Notes under the pieces: generated by a model
What the model was told of the DNA's origin: nothing
Databases searched by the model: none
Seen by the model: only the letters and a program-made list of their open reading frames with translations
Program-made: the position numbers and the translations under genes
Part shown: positions 50,498 through 62,976 of the stretch, piece after piece
How the letters are laid out: every line of letters begins with the position of its first letter
How positions within the stretch are numbered: the stretch's first letter is position 1
Source of the DNA: Tricharina praecox
Lineage: Eukaryota
Assembly: GCF_024521635.1 (NCBI RefSeq)
Contig: NW_026250405.1
Location: 868,001-932,000 of the forward strand
Direction: 5' to 3'
Length of the DNA: 64,000 nucleotides

Positions 50498-51943
50498 TGG
50501 GCTGGAGTCAGTCAGGGTGAATATTGTGCTTTTGGAGTTGTGCTTTGTGATTTCAGCTTTTTGGTAGTTACATTTTACTTGATATCACGTTGGAATTGGG
50601 AATTCGAATCATTGGTGGCAATACCAGACACTACGGTACCTACCTAGTATATCACTCGATGACTTAGTCGCGGTGGAAGGCACAGTCACCCGTTTCATTC
50701 CACTCTCAAGATTGCACCTCTTATCTCTATAAGTGGTTAAAACACTCCACACTTCACAGCTCGATCACTAATTCGAATGCTCACCAGAAAATAATTTGCG
50801 AGTGATATCTCGAGTCTCGACGTCATACATCATATGCCACACTGCCACACAAACGCCGCCACGCCAACACCGCCACACAGACATCTACGCCGCCACACCG
50901 CCATGGATATAAAGTTTCGTTGTGGTGGGAGGACCCTTACGGGGTTGCCTTACGGAACCAAACTTCAAGCTTCGGCAAACGAAGGGCTCGAGCTTACTCT
51001 GCCTGCATCTACGGAAGACATGCAACACCGTCCGATCTTCCGGGGGCGAACAATTCGTTACCAGTAGTGTCGCACAGCCCGGTAGGTTTTCGTGCTGACC
51101 TGCATGCATTGAATTGAGTGCACTCTAGGAAGGCGATCCGTTTTCCTCGCCGGTTCCTCGCCGGTTCCGTGGTGTTCTGTCGGACGTTGTTGATATGTAC
51201 GCGTAGAGTAGGTACTCTCTGGTCCTAGTGGATATGCATTTCCACTCTAGGTAGATCCGGCTGTCCCCAACGGCCCACGATCATGTGCTGTGCTGGTGGT
51301 TCGGGAACTTTGTCTTCCGGGAGTGGGCAGAGCGTCGGCCAGAGTCTATCCTTCTCCCTCCCTGCATGCGGACTAGCTGGATCGCGGCTTCAGGGTGCGA
51401 CTCGGGTCAAGTCCCGTTGCTCGTGGGGGATCCTGGGACAGGGGCTGGCGGGAAAAAGGAGAAGGAACACGGACAAGAAGAACGACGCGAAGCTCGCTGA
51501 TAGGCTGGAAAGTCACAGCTAAACGCGAAATTTCAAAGCAAATGGAAGGAAAAATATTAACATCCACACACCCCAACCCATCCCTAACTCATCGCCTCAC
51601 CCTCCGGCTCCGATCATCCGTGTATGGGCTGGTGATTCGTTCTTTGCCGGGCTGCCTGTCTTTCGTCTTGCCGTTCCTGCCTGTACCGTCGCTTTCGGGG
51701 GTTAATGTCTAACTGCTCTAAAATAATTGCCATTCCTCGTCCCGGTACTTAATCGCCTGTCACCCCCCCTCCCCAGTACTCTCCTCCTCCTTGCATCTTC
51801 TTCCCCAATCACACTCGCTCGCTCGCAGAACGGTTGTGGTCGACCTCCTGAGCTGCAACGGACGGACACATATCACCGTCGTTTATCACCCTCACTTCGC
51901 TCACGACTACCATCAACCCGTACTGCGGTACCTGACAGTCGCT

Positions 51944-53099
51944 ATGGATATCGTTTTGGGTGTCTTCGACACCTTTCTGTTCGATCGGTTCTACGCGACG
52001 ATTCTCCCCGGTGCGGCATTCCCGTCCGCCGGCAATGCCACGGCCCCGATCATTGAGAGGAAGCCGATCGAGTTGGACTCCGTTTCGGAGTACTTCGGCT
52101 GGCAGCCGTCGGAGTATGCACATGCCTCACGACTCGAAAGGGACAATGACGTTCGGCTATTGCTTTCGCTCTTCCTCATCACATGGTACGGACCTGCCTC
52201 TCTGTCACGAGAGTAAGTCGAGCAGCTTGCTGACAAGTGTTATACAGGCTCTTCGGATATGTCATCTACTTCACGTTCGCGACGTTCTCCTACGTCTTCA
52301 TTTTCGACAAGGACACCTTCAAGCACCCCAAATTCCTCAAGAACCAGATGCGCCAGGAAATCGTGCAGTCGATGGTGTCGATGCCCGTGATGGCCGTCTT
52401 CACCGCCCCGCTCTTCTACGCCGAAGTCAAGGGCTACTCTAAGCTGTACATGGACGCCGAGAAATACGGCATGTGGTACATCATCGCGCAGTTCCCGATA
52501 TTCCTGATGTTCACCGATTGCGGAATCTACTGGATCCACCGTGCCCTGCACCACCCGACCATCTACAAGCACCTGCACAAGCCGCACCACAAGTGGATCA
52601 TGCCCACGCCGTACGCCTCGCACGCCTTCCACCCTTTCGACGGCTTCGCGCAGAGCGTGCCCTACCACGTTTTCCCCTTCATCCTGCCGCTCCACAAGTT
52701 CAGCTATCTGATCCTGTTCACCTTCATCAACATTTGGACCGTGATGATCCGTACGCTCTCCCCACCCCTCCCCCATCTTACGCAGGAAATCAAACTAATA
52801 GCCGCGCAGACGACGGTGAATACGTTGCCAACTCCCCCATCATCAATGGCGCCGCCTGCCACACCATGCACCACCTGTACTTCAACTACAACTACGGCCA
52901 GTTCACGACGCTGTGGGACCGCCTCGGTGGCTCGTACCGCAAGCCCAACATGGAACTGTTCTACCGCGAGACGAAGATGAACTCCAAGGAGTGGCAAAAG
53001 CAGGTCAAGGAGATGGAGGATATTGTGCAGGAGGTCGAGGGCGACGACTCCTTCCGCGAGTACGCTGCTGCTCCGGTCGAGGATAAGAAGACCAAGTAG
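51944..53099 (+). CDS. ERG3: C-5 sterol desaturase (introns 52186-52247, 52751-52809)
   Basis: MDIVLGVFDTFLFDRFYA start; histidine boxes HRALH, HKPHH and HTMHH; TPYASHAFHP and NYGQFTTLWDRLGGSYRKP. Confidence 0.96.
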
Positions 53100-53693
53100 A
53101 TGTGCCGCGAGAGAAAATACGCAGTGGCGTGTTGTACAAAAGCGAGACGAGGCTGTAATGGGAGAGTGGCGGTGTGGGAGGATGCAGTGCGCGGCGGTGT
53201 TTTCGAGGTGAGAGTCGGTTTCTGAGTCGTTTGGGCAGACGTACAGGTCAATAGCAGAAGGCTAGTCTGTATGTCTGCCGTCTGACTTTGAAACCGTCTT
53301 CTCACCTCTTTCCTCCTTTTGCGTTTTGGGTCGCAACGGATATCCGGAGTTTGTGTTTTTCTTGTTTACTTTTTTCTTTGTTTCATGAATAGTAGCACGG
53401 TGGATGGTGTGACAAAAGTGCGTGTTTAATATTGATCGCTCTTCTCTTCTATTCTCCTCATTGTGAGAATATACCGTGCAGGGCTTGTGAATAGTTAGAT
53501 GCAAACATTAGAGGCTAGTGAGATATGCGTGCCTGGAAACGCTCATGTTGTGCATGTTGCTCCCGCCCAAACGACAGCCATAGAAACGGAAAGGGAAACA
53601 ACTCCACAAACCAACGCTCCATAATAAACCCCATAAACGCCATCGCCCTCCCATAAGTAGCCATAATCTGTAGCCATCGCAATCCCCCGCGGC

Positions 53694-54197
53694 CTATACC
53701 CCACTGTGCACCATCCCCTCGCCGCCCACCCCCTCGCCCTCGCCCTCCTTCCCTCCCTCCTCCACCTCCACTTCCAAAAACTCCCTAACCCCCCTCCAAA
53801 CCTCCCCCTCCATCTCCCTACCCACAACATCATTGCGCGCATTCAACATGCCCACATCGATCTGTCCCTGCGCGACGGGTATCTCCGCCGCCTGCAGCTG
53901 CATGATCTGCCGTCGCAGGCGCACCGTGATGCTGCTCAGCAGCGCGTGGTATCTTTCAGCGTGGTGCGTGAAGACTTCTTCTGGGCTGGGGGTGGTGGAG
54001 GGGTCGGCGGGAGGGAAGGGGGAGAAGGGGGTGGTGGAGGAGAGGGAGGAGGTGGTGGAGGAGAGGGAGGTGGAGGTGGGAGGCGTCGTCAGGCAGCGGA
54101 TCGCGGAGCTTGCGGTGCTGAGTAACAGGGAGATGTCAGCGTCGATGCTGGTGAGGTCTGCGATCGCTGCGGCGGCGGTGGGGAGCGGTGGCGGCAT
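53694..54197 (-). CDS. MED11: Mediator of RNA polymerase II subunit 11
   Basis: IADLTSIDADISLLLSTASSAIRCLT...YHALLSSITVRLRRQIMQLQAAEI...IDVGMLNARNDVVGREME matches the fungal Med11 helical pattern. Confidence 0.8.
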   Translation of the reverse strand: MPPPLPTAAAAIADLTSIDADISLLLSTASSAIRCLTTPPTSTSLSSTTSSLSSTTPFSPFPPADPSTTPSPEEVFTHHAERYHALLSSITVRLRRQIMQLQAAEIPVAQGQIDVGMLNARNDVVGREMEGEVWRGVREFLEVEVEEGGKEGEGEGVGGEGMVHSGV

Positions 54198-54618
54198 CGT
54201 GTGTGTTTTTGGTGTGTGGTGGGTGGTGTGTGGGGTGTGTGGTGGGAGCGGTGGGAGCGGGTTGTCGTGAGTGGTGTGTTAGGTGTTTGGTGAGGGGTTG
54301 AATGGCAGCGGGTGTTTGGGGATAGTGGTGGGCAGCGGATTGAGGATTGCGCACGGTTGGTTGGCGTGTCAATGTTTCGCGACGGGAGTAAATAGTGGCT
54401 TGCGTGTCTCTGTTTCACGACGAGAGTCAATAGATAGTGGCTTGAGTGTCGGGCAGCTCATCCGTCCAGCGCCCATGTGTTTGGTTTTAGTGCGACAAAC
54501 ATCTCACACACACCTCCGCCGGGTGCCGCTTCCGCTCCCTTACCCGGCGCGCCCGTTAGAGTTGCAATCGGCGGGCACACACCCACGCGCGTGTTCTCGC
54601 AACAAATCACTCATCCAC

Positions 54619-54624
54619 ACGCGT
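54619..54624. promoter_or_regulatory. MCB (MluI cell-cycle box) ACGCGT upstream of SMC1
   Basis: ACGCGT about 100 nt before the SMC1 ATG, with further CGCG cores at ~54586-54592 and ~54377. Cohesin genes are known MBF targets in yeasts. Confidence 0.55.
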
Positions 54625-54726
54625 CTCCACTTTCACAGCGCTCCGATTTATTACCCACTCTCCTCCACGCCCCCCGCGCCAACAGAACCCCGGGCGAATA
54701 CGGAATAACGATACGGCTGTTTCAAA

Positions 54727-57700
54727 ATGGGGTGAGTAGTACAATGAACAGGATTTTGCGCGCGCGCAAAATAATGTGGTGTGGCGTGGTGGCTAACGAG
54801 AATGTGTGGTTGTTGTGGTGGATAGGAAGCTCGTGAGGTTGGAATTGTTCAGTGGGTTCTTCCCGTCTGCAGCGGAGAATTGGGATGGGAGTGGGATGCT
54901 GATGGGGAAACAACACAGACTTCAAGTCGTATAAAGGCCACCAGACGATACACCTCGGCGAATCGTACTTCACATCGATAATCGGGCCCAATGGATCCGG
55001 AAAGTCGAACAGGTACCTTTTGTTCTACGGTTGTTTCCGCGGTGTGTGTGTATGTGTGGCGGATGCTGATCGGAAGTGTGATGCGACAGCATGGACGCGA
55101 TCTCCTTCGTCCTCGGCATAAAATCCTCACACCTCCGCTCCGCGCACCTCCGAGAACTGATCTACCGCGGCCGGAAGCTGCGCAACGGCGGTACGGCAGG
55201 CGCCGACGAAAGCACACAACGCGACGACCCCAAGAGTGGCTGGGTAATGGCCGTGTACATCGACGATGACGAATCGGAACACAGGTGGAAGCGCAGCATT
55301 ACCGCCGCAGGCGGCAGCGAGTACCGTATCAACGATCGGCAGGTCACCGCCGCGGAATACAACGCCGCACTGGAAGAGCAGAATATTCTTATCAAGGCGC
55401 GAAATTTCCTCGTGTTTCAGGGTGACGTTGAGGCGATTGCTAGTCAAAGCCCTACGGATCTTACGAGGCTCATTGAGCAGATATCGGGAAGTCTCGAGTA
55501 CAAGGCGGAGTTTGAGCGCCTGCAGGTTGAACAGGAGAAGGCGGCGGATCAGTCGAGCTTTAATCTCAACCGGAGGAGGGGTATTAATGCCGAGATTAAG
55601 CAGTACCAGGAACAGAAGCGCGAGGCTGAGCAGTATCAGGCGAAGATGGGCGAGCGCGATGAGGCGATTGTTACCCATATCCTCTGGAAATTGTACCACT
55701 TCCAGGAGAAGATGGAGAGGAATAAGTCCGCGATTGAGGAGCACCATAATGAGATGAAAGAGTTCCGACGAGCGCATGAGAAGTACGCACAGCAACTGGA
55801 GGAGGCGCAGCAGGAGCAGGCGAAGGCGACGAAGAGCGTTAGTAAGCAGGAACGGGCTATCAAGAAAAAGGAGAAGGAGAGGGAAGAGAAGGAGACGGGT
55901 TTGGTTCCTGTTGTCGAGAAGATAAACATCTCCACCGCGCACCTGAAAAAATACCAGACTCGCATCCGGGAAATCACGAGGGACTTCGAGAACCAGAAAG
56001 CCACTGTTCAGAGTCTGGAGAAGGATCTGAGTGTGGTGAAGAAGGCGCAGACAAAGTTCGAGAAGGAGCAGCAGAAGGCCGCTGAAGAAACCGGAATCGC
56101 GCTCTCGGATGTCGACCTAGCCGAGTACAACAAGCTCAAGGAGCAGGTCAACACCAAGATCGCCGAGGAGCAAATCAAGATCGACAACTTCACCCGCGAG
56201 CAGAAAGCCGATTCTGAGGCGGTGAACTCACTCATCTCCAAGGTCGAGCAGACCAAGTGGCAGCTCTCCAAGCTCGAGAGCGAAGTCCAGGACCTCGAGG
56301 AGCGACGACAGGAAATGAAGACCATGATTTCTCAGCTCACCCAAGATATCAATGCGAAGGAGACGGAACATTCGGCTCTGGCGTCTGAGCGGATTAGAAA
56401 TTTGCAGAGACATAAGGAGCTGGACGAGAAACTCAAGGATTGTCTCAACAAGCTCATTGAGGCCGACGATGGACGACGACAGACCGAGCGCGAAGTCAAG
56501 GTCAAAGAAACCATTGCCGCACTCAAGCGTATCTTCCCAGGTGTCAAGGGGCGTGTGGCGGAGCTCTGCAAGCCGAAGATGAAGAAATACAGCGACGCGG
56601 TTTCGACAGTCCTCGGTAGACACTTTGACGCCGTTGTGGTCGATAGCGAGAAGACGGCGAAGGACTGCATCGAGTACCTTCGAGACCAACGTGCTGGACA
56701 GGCCACATTCATCCCCCTGGAGACCATCCAGGTCAAGCCGTTGAACTCCAACCTCAAGAGCATGCACAGGGGCATGAGGATGGCCATTGACACCATCGAC
56801 TTTGACAACTCGGTCGAGCGGGCGATGCTCTACGCCTGCGGCAACGCTGTCGTCTGTGATGACCTCAAGGTGGCCAAGTACATCTGCTACGACATGGGTG
56901 TAGAAGTCAAGGCTGTGACTCTGGATGGGACCGTCATCCATAAGGGCGGTCTGATGACAGGAGGAAGGGTCGGTAGCGGAGGTGGTCGGCGGTGGGAAGA
57001 CCAGGCTGTCGAGGGATTGGGACGACTCCGTGACAACCTCATGGCACAGATCAAAGCATTGCCCAACGATCGTCGCGCCCCGCAGGAAGAAGCTCTCCAG
57101 GGCGAGATCACTGGTCTCAAGCAGAGCTTATCGTTCCATCGCGATGAGCTATCTCATCTCGAGCGAACCCTCGCCGGCAAACAGAAGGAGGTGGTTCACC
57201 ACCGGAAGGCGCTCCAGAAGCTGGAGCCGCAGCTTGCCGAAGCCACCGAGTCACTCGACCACCTCAAAGCCCAGCTCGAGGAGCTCCAGCAGGTGGTGTC
57301 CAAAGCAGAGGATAAGATCTTTAATGCCTTCTGCAAGCGACTCGGCTTCGAGAATATCAGAGTGTATGAGATGCAGCAGGGAAGCTTGCAGCAAGAGGCA
57401 CAGCAGCGGAGACTAGAGTTCAAAACGCAGATCAGCAAGCTCGAGTCTCAATTAGTGTTTGAGACTGGGCGGTTGAAGCAGACCAAGGAGCGGATAGAGA
57501 ACCTGAAGACCCTAGAGCAGAGGGATGAGGCATTGATCGAAGAGCAAGAAGCGCTGAAAGAGAGCATCCAGGAACAGATGGATACCATCGAGGCCGAACT
57601 CGAGAGTATGCAGGAGACCCTGAGTCGGAAGCGGGAGGGATTGGAGGAGCGTGCAAAGAAGGTGGCAGAGTTGCAACGGGAGGTCCAGAAACGCTTCGGA

Positions 57701-58748
57701 GAAGTGGAGGAGACCAACAAGCAGGTCGCCGCATTGGAGTCCGAAATCGAGCGACATGCAGCTGGACGGTATGCAGTCCTGCGGCGGTGCAAACTCGAGG
57801 AGGTCGAGTTACCACTCACCGAAGACTCCGCGCCCATCGACGACCTGCCCATCGATGACACGTTTCAGCAGCAGCCAGACCCGGATGCTATGGAAGTCGA
57901 TGAGGACGAAGAGTCTAATGCCGTTAATAACGTCTCCACACAAGACTACGGCATCGAAGTAGACTTCCACGCCCTACCATCAGACCTACGAAAAGACGGT
58001 GATGAAAAGATCGAAGACGACCTGCTGGAAAAGATCAAGATCCTTACCGGCGAACTTGATCGCATGGCACCAAACATGAAAGCCATCGAGCGTCTCGAAG
58101 GCGTCGAATCCCGGCTGCAGGAAACCGAAAAAGAATTCGAAGACTCCCGCAAAGCTGCCAAGAACGCAAAAGACAAATTCATCGCAATCCGCGACAAGCG
58201 CTTTGAGCTCTTCAACAAAGCTTTCGCACACATCTCGGAGGAAATCGGTACGGTATACAAAGACCTCACCAAATCAGCAGCCTTCCCACACGGTGGAACC
58301 GCCTACCTCGACCTCGAAGACACAAACGAGCCCGTCAACGGCGGTATCAAGTACCACGCCATGCCCCCCGCCAAGCGCTTCCGTGATATGGAGCACCTCT
58401 CTGGTGGAGAAAAGACTATGGCTGCGCTGGCACTGCTCTTTGCCGTGCACTCGTACCAGCCTTCGCCGTTTTTTGTCCTCGACGAGGTCGATGCTGCCCT
58501 CGACAATACCAATGTCCAGAAGATATCGAATTACATCCGCACCCACTCGGGCCCCGGATTCCAGTTCATCGTTATCTCCCTCAAGGCGGGACTGTTCCAG
58601 CAGAGTGATGCCCTCGTTGGCATCTATAGAGATCAGGTCGAGTGTAGTTCTAAGAGCTTGACGTGAGTTCCTCCCACCCCTCAATCGTTCTAATAAACAC
58701 TTACTAACTGTTGGCAGGTTGGATTTGCAACAATACATCGACCAATAA
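54727..58748 (+). CDS. SMC1: Cohesin subunit Smc1 (introns 54732-54825, 54852-54918, 55013-55089, 58663-58717)
   Basis: MGKLVRLELFNFKSYKG...Walker A GPNGSGKSN assembled from exons 1-3; FLVFQGDVE, hinge VTLDGTVIHKGGLMTGG, signature LSGGEKT and Walker B FFVLDEVDAALD. Confidence 0.97.
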
Positions 58749-59738
58749 TCGTTGTCCCTTTTTTTTCTTCCCGTGTAGGATTTCCTCGTTTCTCTCTTCT
58801 TGTGTTCCTTAGTACCTAGTGGGTGGCCGGGTGGTCTCTGTTGCTGAGTTTCGAATCGAGTATCTACTTCTGCTTTTTTCCTCCGCTCTTTTTGTGTCTT
58901 TACTTTGCGGATTACCCTTGATCGAGAAGATTTTTTGCTTGCTTGCTTGATTGTATTTGTAGTTGCACCTTTCTGTTTCTGTCTCTGTTTCTGTTTCGGG
59001 GTGCTTTTTTTTGGTTGGGGGGAATCGGGATATCAATACTTGGGTAGTACCTAGTACCAAGTAGTACTCTACCTTCCATTCACCGCTTCTCACTCACGGC
59101 TATCTACTATGTTCTACACACACACAACACGGAATTATCGAAGGACCTGTCCCCTACATGCCCGCGCGGTTGTAGGTGATAGCCGGGTGGAAAGTGAAAG
59201 AGATATGTAATCTGCCATGATAAGGTCGAATGCAATGATGATTAAACAAAAAACCTTCCCCTACATGTCCGGGGCCCGGGCGGTTGGAGATCTGTTGCAG
59301 TGTACTAGCACGTCGGATTGGGCAGCGGCAGTGCGTTTGCACAACGATATTCCTCACTTAGGTAGTTATCTTGTCTCTGAACTGGTTACCGCTGTGCTGT
59401 GTTGTGCTGATGGTTATGTAGAGTACCATCTAACTATCTCCGCCCTGCCTACAGGTTTCTCTGGAGAAATTCTGTAAATACACTCGAATGCTGTTGATAT
59501 CACTCGCTGCCAACATCTCTACACCGGCCCGGAGTAGGCCGAGTTCGAACTTCGTGCACCGCAGCAAAGTTACAACAGCACCGGCACTAATCGCACCCAT
59601 AGCAGTCGGAGACAGTGAAGATGAAACGGTATATATACTTATATCCGCCATGGTCTACCTACCATAGTAACTGAGGCCAAATGCAATGCCTCGACAAAAT
59701 CAAAATAAACCAACCAACCGCGCCCCCATCGCGTCCCA

Positions 59739-62117
59739 TTATGCACCCAACACCGTCTCCCCGCGGGCCTCAAACTTCTCCACCCCCACCGCCTCAGCAG
59801 TCTCCGGCCCAGCCCTCCCCTCATCGCCGGAATCACTAACACTGGCACTGCTCCAGTCGAGCTCTAGCTCCTCGCTGCCCCACGAGCGCAGCAGATGTTT
59901 CTGCTCCCTTGCGAGCCGGCGGAGATCGTTGCTACTAGGTGCCTCCTCGATCTCGATCTCGAGGCCGCCGCCGCCACGGAAGCGGGTCAGGTCGCGGCCG
60001 TGCTCGACCTATGTTCGTATGTATCAGCCACATTCCACTCCACAAGGGGCGGGGGTAAGGGGGGAGGGGGTGGGGGGAGGGGGGGGGTAGCAAACCATCC
60101 TCTCGATCTTGAGCCGATTCTCAACAAACTTCAGCTTGGAGTACGTGCACCTTTGCCCACTCTCTAGCATTCTCGCGAGCCGCTCCCTAGTAGGATCCGC
60201 GAGGATGTACCAAAAGTCGCTGAGCGCCGTTTTCGGCCAGATAGTGATTGTGCCGTCGAATTTCTGCAGGAACACGGAGCTCCAGTCCTGGCTCATGGGG
60301 CGCGGGAGGAGCTCGAGGTGCCGCAGAACCTTGAGCCACTTGGCCATGTCGAGCTTGAGGTACTGCTCGAGTGCGGACCCGAGGAAGCCGCCGCGCCAGC
60401 CCTTGCCGCGCCGGTGCGTAACCGGCCGGCCGACCGCCCCCCGTGACGAGAAGAAGAAGATGTTGACGTGCGGATTCACCTGCGAGACGATCGTGAAGTT
60501 TACGTTGAAGTGCAGGTTGAGCGAGCGGATCGGGATGTCGGTGCGCAGACTCCCGTCCTTCCACTTGTTGCCGAAGCTATAGGGAGCAATGGTTCCGGAG
60601 CGGGTTTTGGTCATCAGCACGACCGGGTTGAGGATGCCCGGGACGGCGGCGGAGGCGAGGACGGCCGAGAATATGCAGCAGTCTGGCGCGGTGAGGTGGT
60701 TCAGCAGGAGCGAGGGCGAGTGCGGGTCCGACGGGATGCAGGATATGTTGAGGATCCGGCCGGTGCGTTGGTACGCTTCCTTGAAGGTCATGGAGCCCCG
60801 CGTGAACCAGCAACAGCGACATGCCCAGTCGATGCTGTCGAAGCGTGCGCCCGTCTTCCACCAGCGGCGGATCCAGGTCAGGGTGTCGTCGTGACAGGCA
60901 GTGATTTTGTCGGCGAGTTCGGGGACGAGGAGTTGGCGGAGCTCGGCGTCGGTACGGGTGCAGATCAGGGCCGCGACGAGCGCACCGCCGGAGGTGCCGG
61001 TAATGATATTCGGGAGGAGGTTGGCATCGAGGTGGGCTTTGACCACGCCGAAGTGGTAGTATGAGAAACTTGCACCGCCAGATAGACACAAAGCCGTCTT
61101 GCCGTAGTTACTCGAGAGGTGTTTAAACAGCACTCTCTTCTCATCGATGGACAGCGACGGGGTCTCGCACAGAAACCTGAGCGCCTTCTCGACTATCCCA
61201 TATCCATCAGCCACCATCACCACCGATCACCACTGGAGCAGCGCACTCACCTTCATCGACGAAATTCTGCACCAGTTGCTTCGTGCCATAATAGCTCTGG
61301 CTGTACATGCGCGCGCTCTCTATGCCCGCAAAATTATTCTTAACGCACATCTCGACGAGCTCCCTAAGCTCATGGACGATCCTTTCTTGCTCCCCCTCAC
61401 CCTCCCGCTCCTCCGCCTTCGCCTCCGCGCCCTCCCGCAGCCTCCTCAGCTCCCTCACGATCCTCCTCACCGTCTGAAAGTCATAATACGCAAACGCGTC
61501 CTCCTCCTTCCAGGCATCAACCCCCAAGTATTCGTCGAGCCTCTCCGCAGCCTGACACCACTCCCCGTACCCCCTCGCGGCCCTCAGCCGCGCGCGCAGC
61601 CGATTCCTCTCGCCGCGCCACGTAATCCAGTACTCATACTGGCTGACATAGAAGCGGGTCATAACATAGAGTGCGGCGAGAACCGCCATCCACGCGGCCA
61701 CCACCACCAGCAGCGGCCACTTCAGCAGCGCGTACACGAAGCCCTCGCGCGTCTCGTCTTTGCCCGGTTTCCGTCTTCGCCCCCGACCCCGCCGTGGTAT
61801 GGAGGAGGCGGAGGAAGGGGCGGGCTTGGGCCGTATACGCTCCCGTACGGGCCGCCAGTCGTTCAAGGCGCTGATGAAGTGGTCGTCGCTGTCTGGGTCC
61901 GGCGCGGAGATTGCACGCGCGAAGGAGGCGATGTCTATGCGTGTTCATGTTAGCTGGCTATCCCCCTCTCCTCCCCCCCCCACTCCCTCCGACGAATGCC
62001 CCCTGGAAATGTAGAGTAGAGTAGAGTGCAGTACCCACCAGCATCGTTCGCAAAGCTCGTATCAAAGTCCGGCAGGTTCGGGGGGTTCGGAGTGTCGGTC
62101 GGAGTGTTCGTCGGCAT
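59739..62117 (-). CDS. Patatin-like phospholipase/triacylglycerol lipase (Tgl3/4/5-related) (introns 61935-62038, 61193-61250, 60009-60095)
   Basis: ALCLSGGAS glycine loop, catalytic GTSGG, ASAAVPG and WKDGSL; N-terminal FISALNDWRP and a TM segment; exons join in frame. Confidence 0.93.
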
Positions 62118-62976
62118 CTTTGTATCGCTATCGTAACCGTGGGAAGTGGTGGTGCATCCTCTTGCTCTTGCGTGCTGTGTTTGTTGCGTGTAGTAAATAT
62201 GGGACCCCGAGTGGCGAAATCTCCCTGGACTCGGACTTGGACTTGGTGCTTCGAAGTAGCTGGAGTAGAGTAGCGTTGTGTTGCGTCACTGATGGATGGC
62301 ATGGGGCCAGGATCAGGGGCTCGCGCTCCCTCCGAGCTTCCCCCCAGTGCCCTCAGTGCCCCATACTCACGCGACTAGCCAACCACCATCCACCCACCCG
62401 CCCGGCGCCCGCCCGCCTGCATACGGCATATCTCGATTCTGAGATCTCGGACGAGATGTGATGTTTCTATAATTGTATTGCAGCAATGTATGATACGAAC
62501 GAACGAGTAGGTACTGTGGTATGGTATCGCGAAAAGTAAAGCACAGTAAAGCACAGTAAAGCAAAGGTAGATAAAGCAAAGCAGACTTTCAAACGCCGTA
62601 CATGATCCTCTCCTTACTCCCCCTCCTGCTCCTCCACCTGCTCCTCCTGCTTCTCCTCCAGCTTCTCCTCATGAATGGCTTTTGATGGACATGGACAGGA
62701 CAGGCAGGCCCACTGCAAACCAACAAAAAAACGTGACAAAAAAATCAAAAAAATCAAACAAAACCCGAGTAAACCACCCAATCCGATCCGATCCCGATCC
62801 GTCGCCCATGATAAATAAGATGCAAATGATGATAAAAATCCAGAGCAGACCCTCCCATCCGTAATGACGCCGCAGAGACAACAAATGACAAGATAAATCA
62901 CACAAAACAAAAACGAACGGATGTCAAATGAACCAGCACTGCATCCCCCACCCAGCAGAAGTGGCTGGCTAAGTAG

